From positions 72,341 through 136,340 of the forward strand of contig JBHGNT010000067.1 in assembly GCA_043228905.1 (NCBI GenBank): DNA of 64,000 nucleotides, given 5' to 3'. The position numbers and the translations under genes are program-made. Positions 53,999 through 64,000 of this stretch are shown here, piece by piece. Positions within the stretch are counted from its first letter, which is position 1, and every line of letters starts with the position of its first letter. The notes beneath the pieces were generated by a model that was not told where the DNA came from, ran no database searches, and saw only the letters and a program-made list of their open reading frames with translations. This stretch comes from Azolla caroliniana. Its lineage: Eukaryota; Plantae; Polypodiophyta.

Positions 53999-55382
53999 TT
54001 ATTTTTTCTTTTTTTCTTTTTTATAAAGGATAACCTTTCATTAGTGTAAAAAATTTACAAGATTTCAAAGTCTATATGATCAACAGAGGAAACAACCATT
54101 TTGGAGGTTGAAAGTGTGAATAAGGAGTGTCATTCTTGGAGGTCATGAATGGAGTAGTTGTCCACACACTAAGAAACTCACGACGTTGAGTAGTTTTAGC
54201 ATTAGAATCTCCAACTATACCATCCCATTGACCCTCCAAAGTATGAACTATGTCCAACCAAATATTTGTAACCAATTCAGCTGGTGTTGCCTTAACTTGA
54301 TGGAAAACGAGAGAACACCAAGCCTTCCAAATGTTATATACAATCGTACTACTCAGTATCTTCCATACTGGTTGGATTTCTTTTATTATCCCTTAAAACT
54401 ATAGTGACAGCAATGGTGGTGTACGAACACTTCCAGATTTAGTGTAACATCCATAGTCCATAGATTCGACATCATAATGGAAAGCATAACGAACAAGAGA
54501 TGTCGAAACCACCATGCCCCATGTGAAAACCAATGGGAGAATAGTTAGCAAAGATTCTACGGAGGCGTTGCCATATCAACGCCATATTAGTAAATGACAT
54601 CGAACACAACCAGAACATACACCCATCTTGCGCAACCATGTGCCAAAAGGCAAGGCTTGGTGTCCAAGTAACCACTATACATGCAATATTTGTTATGGTT
54701 GTTTTCTTGCCCATAGGTTAACCTAGAATTTTGCAAGGAATTGGGGAGTAATAGCTTGTTGATTCCAATATTGAAATGCAGATGGTAACAGAACCCATCT
54801 ATTTGAAAGCACAAGTCTTCCCAACTGTACAAAATATTGGAAGAAATTAAAGTTGTTACCCATAAAAGGATCAATCCACTAATAACTAACTGGGTCCAAA
54901 TCTAATCTGAACACCGGTTTTTTAGCCAACACCCACAACTTCCAATGTGTCCTTATATCCTCTATCAGTGGATTAATATACCATTTATGATCGGCATACC
55001 CGATGACCCTTATCTTGCATTCAATAGCATTAGGGTAATTTGCCACCATTTCCCCTAACTGAGACAATTGATTTGTTTCATCCACCTCCAAAAGCCGGTG
55101 GTAGGTCTTATCCTCTAAATACCCCTTAACAAACAAGAGTACCTCCAATCTTCAAAAAACCCTAACCCATCTATGGTTAGAGCTATTGGGTAGTATGGTG
55201 ACTCTACTCATAGCTTCCTGCATTTGATGATACATTATTTGCCCTCCATGCATCATCTTATCAAGTATTTCTTTTTTAACTTTCCATGAACACAATAAAA
55301 AATCCTGCCATGTCCTAACTGATTCGCAGGACCTTCTAACATTTTCCCCCACGACAAACATTAGCTAGAACCCAGCACTACA
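53999..55382 (-). mobile_element. 5'-truncated non-LTR retrotransposon (LINE) with poly(A) tail and 14-bp TSD
   Basis: ccatatcttcaatc occurs at both 53985-53998 and 55383-55396. A T-rich tail is at 53999-54024. The interior has stop-interrupted, Trp/Cys-rich ORF pieces (CSLCFP) typical of an ORF2 C-terminus. Confidence 0.9.
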
Positions 55383-56101
55383 CCATATCTTCAATCAATC
55401 AATCCACTTCAGAGCTATTTATTCACCCTGCTCTGTTGTTAATTACTTTTCTGTATATCTCAGATCTTACAATCATTAAGAAATAATTCGCATGCATAAT
55501 CATTCACTTACAAGAAACGTTATTCTCTGGTGGACCTATAATTCCACAAAGGGCATCGCAATGGAAACAGCATACTATCACAAAAAATAATGGGCTGCAC
55601 CATACCATCATAGAACTGCAGATGGCAATGATAAGACACATAATTCCACAAAGGTTATCACGATCCAGACAGACACTAACACAAAAACCAATGGATATAC
55701 CCTCATAGAACCATGCATCAATTGAGATCGTGAACCTATAATTACGTAATGTCAAGTCCAACAGTTAAAATAGAACATGAATGCACGAAATCATGCAAAC
55801 ATACTATTGCACATTATTACACATTTGGAACCTAGTTAAAAACAAAATTGCATTCACACCATTTTGGTTACGGCTCACCATTTATGACTTATCCACTGGT
55901 TAATATCTGTTCTGAATGAAACAATTTAAAAACTGTGGAATAAAAGCACATTGCCCATACTCTATGGTTAGTTTCTTTCAATTCTGAACACAATATCTTT
56001 AATGTTAAAGTTATGAAATGCATAGTATACAAAGTCACTTTCCCATATATTTCTCTGATTATAAAAAATGAAATGCATGCTATATCTTTCCTCACATATA
56101 A

Positions 56102-59100
56102 TTATCCCAACCACTGTTCAGCTGATCTGTCTCCAGTAGCACCCACCGAATGACGAATGCTTATCTTTGCTTGTGAATACTGACTTTGTAATCTCTCAAA
56201 GGCAGTCACATCCAACTTCCCCGTGGCACTCTTGCCTTGTTTCCTTCGAACTTGTTGATCTCGTACTGAAGTCCATAGCTTCTCAATTGCATCTCTCTGA
56301 TGAACTGTAAACTTTGATTTGTTATCAAATGCATGCTTCACCAAGATGTCTATTATAGTATGTGCCCTTCAAAAACAAATAAGGAGAATATTACAATCAA
56401 TGATATAAAATCTTATGAATTAATTGAAAAAGCACAAAGCCAAGTCTCTATATACCATTGAACTCTATAGCGGCCTGCTGCAATTTCCAAGCATACCATC
56501 AAAGCTTCTCGCTGTTCCCTTAGCAGTTGTTCTTCATACTTCTGTGCCTCTCTGATTGCAGCCTCCTCCTCTTTCTTCTTGCTAAGCTTTTCCTCCTTTT
56601 TAGATGGCTGTGAAAATAACTCATTCAATCCAAATGGATCACTATCTACTTCACTAGCTTGCAGCGACTGATTCGAAACTTCTATCGACCCAGTTTCATT
56701 ATCACCTACAACAAAGGCATCATCAGAAGCTGTTGCCTCTGGGAGTAGATTGATGTCTTGTTTCACCTTGTTTGCAGCTTTGGAAAACTGACAACATAGC
56801 AATAAACAGATATTGAGCCTTTTAAAAGGAATAAGAAACTATGAGAAATATTTAGTGCTCCTGTCTGACATATATTTAGGGAACCATATCACCAGGTAAT
56901 ACAAAGCATAATCAAAGAAAATTAGGCCTTGTTCACATGAGAGGAAAAGAAAATTCCTAGGTAGGACAATATTTGAAGTGCCTTCAGTATGAGTGCTCAC
57001 GTCCTCAAAAGAAGTTCATTGGAGTGCCGAAATTTTAAAAAATATGTTTCTCACCAACCACAGGCCTTTCCAGACTGGTTATTTCAGTCCTTTGTTTTCA
57101 TATTCTTGTTAATTTTGTTTTATCATCAATAAATTTCAGGTCAACCAATAGGCACCTTGAAAATATGCTAATATCAGAACTGATGAACGAGTGTAGGAAG
57201 AACCAAAATAATAAGACCATCTTGTCCAATGCTGACAATGCCCAGGGTACAGTTTTAATACCGGAAATACCTGATCCCCTATCAAAAATCGCAGTGAGAA
57301 GGATCAACAATCATTGCAACTCCAATGGGCTTTCTCTCTTGAAACAAGTAGGATCTGAAAATCAATAAAATAACCTTGTGCAAATGCCAACAACTCAGTG
57401 CTCAGTGGCGAGTACCAGCCCCTGAATTACTGAACCATTATTAAGTTTCAAGCCATATATAACCTCCCATTCACAGCTAAATAGTTCGTGTGAAGGGATT
57501 AAAGTGTGATCATTCTCAGAAATATGGTATTTTTCCAGGAAACTACGTTCTCCTAAATTTTCTGTAGTGAACCATATCCAACTACTATGGGAATAGTGTC
57601 ATTTAAGCATAATGTTAAACCTTGCATCTAAGTATAAATGTTTTACATCAATTTACACTTGCACATGTCTATAAACGAGAACGCAGCATTTCTAGATGCA
57701 TGAAAAAACTTCATGTTTGCTTGTTCATTTTAGCGCTCTAGAACAAAAGAATAATAAAACGTTTACAGGAGAGGTTGCATTTCTTACCCACCACGAAAGT
57801 GTCATCTGTAAAGAAATCATTTGCAACTTGTGCCCATAAATTCCAGACCTTCAACTGAGCTTTTTGAGGAGGACTGAAACACTGCAAAAAAGTGTTGGAC
57901 TTTAAATAAAAAAAGAAATGAATCTCCATATTACATTTCAAACTTCTCAAAAATGGATATCCACCTCAAGAAACTCAGTGACAACAGAAAATAGTTGCTG
58001 ATAGCCCTGTCTTAGTGTTGGTTCAGTCACTGATGCTCGTGACGCCATTGCAGCTTTTAAAATATCAAAGAACAAATCAGATGTGTTTTTGGTTAGGCTT
58101 CCTGATTGCATCAACTGTACAGCAAGTTTGGAAGCTTTGCAAAATTTTGCAGAATTTCCAATATGAGAAGCAATCTTGTGCATAGCATCAGTAATTTGTG
58201 TAGAGCTTGCATCAACTATCGTTTTGAAACGCACTCGCTTTGCACCTGCACCAGTAAATTATGATAAATAAACTGGTACCAATCATGTTTGTATTCAATG
58301 CTATCATTAATAGAAGCAAGTTAATGATCGTTTAATCCTAACTGTTAAACAGATGTGCAGCTGATAAAACATGGCACATAGACGGTAGATATCATTCTTT
58401 TATTTACATCATACCCAATGCAAGCAAGGACCAAACTTCTAATACAAACGGTTCGATAAACAGGTTTTCCTTTCACTTTCCTACTTTGAAGATTTTCAAC
58501 ATCAAAGCTGCATCATTATATAAATGTAGATTTTTAACCTAAAAATCATCTTCATGAAGGTAATGAGCTTTACATTTCAAGTTCCACTCTTGTATTAAGA
58601 AACTCTTTCTTTGTCATATGTTTTCCTAGATTTCATTTTAACCCAAAATCTTGAATCTCCATCATCATCTGCAGCAGAATCATTGTCATCATGACCACCA
58701 TCATCAACATCTTCAACAACAATAACAATCATTCTTCTGTTTTAACCCAAAATGTTGACTTTCCATCATCATTGCCATCAGTCATCATCACCATCATCGA
58801 CAACGATAACAATCACTCGAATTCATTGTTACTTACTATCTGGATTTAGTTTTAACATAAATTATTCATTCTCCATAGTTATGAGCACAAATATATCTTC
58901 ATCGATGTTGACAGAAGGCATCATCATCATCATCACCAGTAACAACAACATCTATCCAATTCGATTAATTTCTTAGATTCTACAAATCGTTCCAAAAACT
59001 ACCCCATAATAGTCGCAGAAGGAGAAAAAAGTGACACAGAAAAATGTTTTCAATATATATATATATATATAAGAGAGAGAAAGAGATAGAGATGGAAAGC

Positions 59101-59306
59101 TTACCTTCATCATGTAGTAGATCTGTTGCTACTTCTTCTTTTCCTTCTTCGGCAGAGGGACGCTTCAAAGAAGATTTTCGAGCTGCAGGGAGGGGAAGAG
59201 GAATCCTTTCTGAATCTTCCGGACCAGAGGAAGTAGCAGATACCGACGAAGCAGAAGCAGAAGAATGGAGAGGAGGAAGGTCGTCGAACAAACCCTCGCG
59301 CACCAT
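56102..59306 (-). CDS. Conserved plant uncharacterised protein (LFDDLPP...KRVRFKT...FTDDTFVFSK...DPFGL...ATGKLDV); 5 exons
   Basis: Exons 59306-59105, 58245-57965, 57881-57792, 56787-56456 and 56366-56102 join in frame at GT-AG sites. The motifs resemble a recalled conserved plant family of unknown function. Confidence 0.88.
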
Positions 59307-59381
59307 AGCGTCCTCTGTGTGAATGACAACAAATTTGGAACCGTAGAGAAAAGGAAAGACTACATATATATATATATATCC

Positions 59382-59487
59382 TCTTCTTCTTCTTCTTCTT
59401 CTTCTTCTTCTTCTTCTTCTTCTTTGCCTTGCCTCTTATTGACTTGACTTGGCTTGGCTTGGCTTGACTTGACTTGGCTTGACTTGC
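59382..59487. repeat. (TCT)n followed by (CTTGR)n simple repeats in the leader/promoter of the 59306 gene
   Basis: Seen directly. Confidence 0.85.
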
Positions 59488-62400
59488 CCTATGTTCAAAT
59501 CCTTACGAGTGAGATGGATGATTGGTTCAAGACTACCTCTTGTCTGTCCGTCAAACAAATAGAAACCTCACCGAATGATAAGTTCATGAAACGGCTGATT
59601 CGCCACCATTATTAAACTACACGTCTCGTGAGACTCCACATTACTTACCCCTTCCTTATCGACCATTACTGTCTGAACTGACGATTGATAACAAGTGCAC
59701 GTTAATTTGGGGACACCAAGTTTCTTGAGGTGGGAAAAGGTAAACAACCTCTTACTCTTCGATTTAATCAAATGGCAAGATTAGGTTGGTTAAAGCGAAA
59801 GATCCTATCTTGGTTTCAGAAAGAATATGAACAACATTCCGAACACCAAGATCAACATTTCATAATCTAAAAGGTTCGAGATTTATTTGGAATAAGCTAC
59901 AAGGATTATTATCGATGCATAACCCAATTCTTGATGATCGCCTATGATATCAAGAAATATGCTTATCACAAATTAATCAACAAACATAAATGGATTGAAG
60001 AAAGGGTTATGAAGGTATGGGATTTTCATAATCCCATCACCTAGTGGTTTTACGTGATCAAGGTATGTGTCATTAACATTTATTTATTATGTAATTGAAA
60101 TGTGCTTCTTTTGTTTAGTGGAGCTAGAACATAATATCCATTGATTTGAAGGCATATCAATTTAGTGTGCATATCTTTGACTCGAATATGACTATCTTCA
60201 TTCATTTGGGTTTTTGCAAATATGGAAAACAATGGAGTTGCCCCATTTCTAAATTATTTTTGAGATCTTGAGGTATTGGGGGCTATGGTTCAATTGGAAT
60301 ATGAGGAATGTCTTCATTTTTTATTCACAAGTTGGAGTGAGGAAATATGTTGCAATGTTAAAAGGACTTTGTTTGTTGCAATTGACAATGTTAGAGAAGT
60401 AATAAAATCTCAACCACGAAGAGAACAAAATTGATAGACCTAATACCGATGTTGTTGCTCATAAAGATTGGCATCATGTAAAGAACAAATCAAAAGGAAA
60501 TCAATGAATATACAATGTAATAGTTTGCCCACTTCGTGATATTACTTAGCAAAGTAGTTCATGGATAAGGGAGGGGCCTCAAAAAACTCCTTGGCCACGA
60601 TAATTGAGAGATAAGGGATTACCCCTTCAACAACTTTAATTTAATTCATTGGAACACGTTGTGAATCCATCAAACCCTTAAGGTTTTCAATGCAAGACAT
60701 CGTAGCAATCATGGTATATATGGATTAACTAATGCTCAATGATAAATGGGCCTTCTTCAATGATTCTCACAAGCTCTCTCTAGGTGTATTGCATGTATTA
60801 TTCGTACATAGACCATTAGATGAGGAGGTTTTGGGATATCAAGAGTCAAATGCAAGTAAATATTTCTGAGTTGCAATGTCAAAGCTGAAAACACGCAATT
60901 ATATTAATAAATGTGTGTGAAGCACACTACGTACAATGGGTACCACAATGGAGTATGCTCGATAGAACACAAGTACTATAACATGTTGAATGACATATAG
61001 GCAACACAAACACTCCACCGAGAAAAGAGTTTCTACTTAAATAAATAAAATTGTCGTATTAGTACTCCCTTCAACTTTCATAGATATGCTTTCACTCCAT
61101 ACCTACAATCAAATACGAAACCATTGTGCATATCCCAAATAAAACGTAATCCCCAATATATCGTAAATAGGAAAACGATTTTCATCTCTGATTTTGGGTC
61201 AACCTGTATGAATTGTGCAAACACCCACTTTCTTGGTGTCAAATAACAATCTAGGAAAACTTGACAAACTTGAGAAATGTAACTCTAAACCTAACAATCA
61301 AGTAGACATTGTATGAAATGATGACTACTATCTTCCAATTGAACAATGCAAAAGAAATGGTTGCATGTTGCGTCGAAGGAGAAGTTTTCCTTGAACCAAG
61401 ATTCCTCGAAAAAAGGGGATTCACCATAATAGTGGTGGGTCCTTACATGTGGAATAATAGTATGATAAATAAAACTCTAAATCAATCATAAGTAGGCCAA
61501 TATACAAGAGAAGGGGGCTTGGTTTATAGAAGACTTCTATATAAGTGCACTTAGAAATTGGGATCAATCGTGTAATAATGGGCGAGTGAGTAGGATATGT
61601 ATATGGAAACTATCCATTTCATTTGATGCAAAGTATCCCTATTCATAAGTTCAAAGATGGATTCTAAAACAGGTGCATGCTCTAAGGAATTTGTTATATG
61701 AAAATATATATTGTCATGGACATTAAATGAGCAAGAGCATCCGAGTCAATATAGAATCAAACGTGTTGACAATCGAACTCAACTATGTTCAATGTAGTCA
61801 CAAAGTTACACGTGTGCATGCAAAATGTGAGTGGGACCATTAGGGACTTCAACTAGGGAAAACAATATTCTTTTCTAGGAAGAACAATGCGTAGTTTTTT
61901 ACTTCTATCACGTGGAATGCTTGTACTTTGCAACCAATTCACATAGGCTAAAAGGCAAGGAAAATGCAAGAAAAGTAGTTTTTTTTCATAGCTAAACCAT
62001 TTTCAACTATCTCATTGGGCAATAATGTGCTCATTTTTCTCTTTTCCTTTGGCCAAATTCTTACGTGTCCCTCAACATAAAATGGTATGACTTGATGATC
62101 CAAGAGACTGAATACGTAAAGGGAAGGTCTCCTTACTGATTCAAATATTGTTTAGATTCCTTGCTTAATTGGTGCAGATTTTCCATGACTATATTTTGTA
62201 GCACATATCACGTCCATGAACATATTCATTTCCACAAGCAAAAAAATCTATCGAGTTTAATTGCCTTTGCAAATTGTAATTCATTTTCTTAAAAGAAACA
62301 TATTATACTTTGTGTCAATTCAAAAGAGTGCAACAATGTATTACAAATGTACATATCTATATGTTTGCAATAAATTGATTTAATTTGTTAGGAAAATCTG

Positions 62401-62819
62401 GAAAAGGCCCGTTACTTTAGACCACATGGTAAAGCTTTCATGATTTAAGTATAGCATTTATTATAGTAAAAGCAGTGAGTTATTTTTCGTTGCCTAGTCA
62501 TCTAGTTAGAATTATGCCCCTTCCAATTTCTTCATTACCATTGTATTACATACTTATTTTCCTCGCATATTGCCAATGATGTTTCCACAACCACATGGGA
62601 GAATGTCTACATCATCACATCTTTTTCTCCCCACCTTTGCTATTTCATAATCAAACACATGTATATGGACAGATAAATAGTTGTGCCCCAATTTTTCGTT
62701 TAACTTTAATGTCAAAATCGATTGTATTATTGCCTCATATAAGATCACAACTCAACAACAAACATTACAACTATTTTAAAGTGCATGCATATTTATTCCA
62801 AGTTTGGTGATAAATCGCG

Positions 62820-63500
62820 TTGGGACCCTCTTGTCTTCTGGAAGGTTTGATTATTAATGAGCTAAAACATCATGATGTAAAGTTGCAAATGCCTAACAAC
62901 TGCAACGGTGCATCAAGAGGAAAACCTTTGGTCGCACATAGTCGGGATTGCTACAATTCGGACATACACCTTACCTTTGAAAAGCATGCAAAATCGAGGA
63001 ACCCTTTTGCATAGTGGTCCTTTCCAACGAGGGATCTTCTCTATGTTGGCGATATTTGTGACTTTATCGATTTGATTGTCATATGTTAATCCATCACGTT
63101 CGGTACATTGATCAATATTGATAAGGAATCAAATGTTAACATCATCACAGATGGGAGTGGAAAATATATAATTCTCCTAACTTCGTAATAATTTGAAACC
63201 CCTAAAAGAAAAGGTAGTTGATTTGGATATTGAACTTAGTGAATAAGGTACTTTATTAAGGTCTTTGCAATCAACCTTGGATTAGTCATACTTGTAGTTG
63301 TTAGGTAGGCTTCAACATCCTTGTTTGTAGCCTTTCACCTAAAACTTTGTTCATGTCCTAGATTCGGGAAACAAAATTACTTGTGGTTGGTTGTAGACTA
63401 CTCAATTCTTCAAAATCCAATCGATCTTTGAAATAATGCATTAGAGCCTATGCATGTGATCATAACACTTCATGGTCCTCTCAAGTCCACAACGCACATA
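62820..63500 (-). mobile_element. Degenerate Ty3/Gypsy integrase-like remnant
   Basis: The minus strand at ~63015-63043 encodes EKIPRWKGP, resembling the post-integrase GPY/F motif. The surrounding frames are broken. Confidence 0.35.
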
Positions 63501-64000
63501 GCATTCGGCCATGTTATTTTTTGATTTGTTTTCGTTTCACTCTAATTGTAACGTTAAAGCACGTTATCATAATTATAATATGTAATAGTCCCTTTTAATA
63601 TAGTGTTCACATATAGCTACACAAGTTGGCATTAAAATGCTCACTATTTTAGAGAATCACAACACATTTTGAAAGGACGATGCGAAGCATTCAAGATAAG
63701 GCTGAGATATAGTCTCATTTGGAAGATACTCGTGTAATGATGGGAACAATGAGAACAAGGTGAACCAAGTCTTGAAGATTCTCACACATATTTGAAGGAT
63801 TGTGCTGCACAAGGAAAGAGGAGACAAAATGATGGTGGCCGTCATTATACAAGAGAGAACAAATAAACAAATCAATCACATGAAAAGGTAGAGAAAGATA
63901 TACAAATGATTATGCGATAGAATGAAGGCAGACGGGATGGAAATAGATACTACGGAACAAGGATTCATAAGAAAGGAAGAAGACAAAGGAGATATCTATT

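Overview
AT-rich, intron-containing land-plant nuclear DNA. The microsatellite-rich UTRs and mixed-GC genes look fern-like, but the species cannot be determined from this sequence. Six protein-coding genes can be reconstructed by hand. They are a CRP1-like P-class PPR gene (minus, running off the left edge), a 3-exon Ser-rich gene, an intronless GC-rich KCS, a 6-exon peroxisomal SDR (SDRa/IBR1-like, ending SRL), a small 'WQ..ILMGE.C...FSG.I.YD' family gene with an 11-aa repeat, and a 5-exon conserved uncharacterised gene. The Ser-rich gene combines a 'YELSLKD'-type motif with an XLG-like Cys-rich finger that only appears after splicing. The intergenic DNA holds a duplicated and rearranged U6 snRNA pseudogene whose 3' half is enclosed in a 49-bp inverted repeat. 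It also holds two solo LTRs with perfect 5-bp TSDs, a 5'-truncated LINE with poly(A) and a 14-bp TSD plus a second copy of the family, a ~650-bp foldback element, MULE-like MITEs and a near-perfect 4x271-bp array. Short local tandem duplications are frequent, and two carry inverted templated fillers. There are no CRISPR arrays or prokaryotic systems. All family assignments are from recalled motifs, not database searches.
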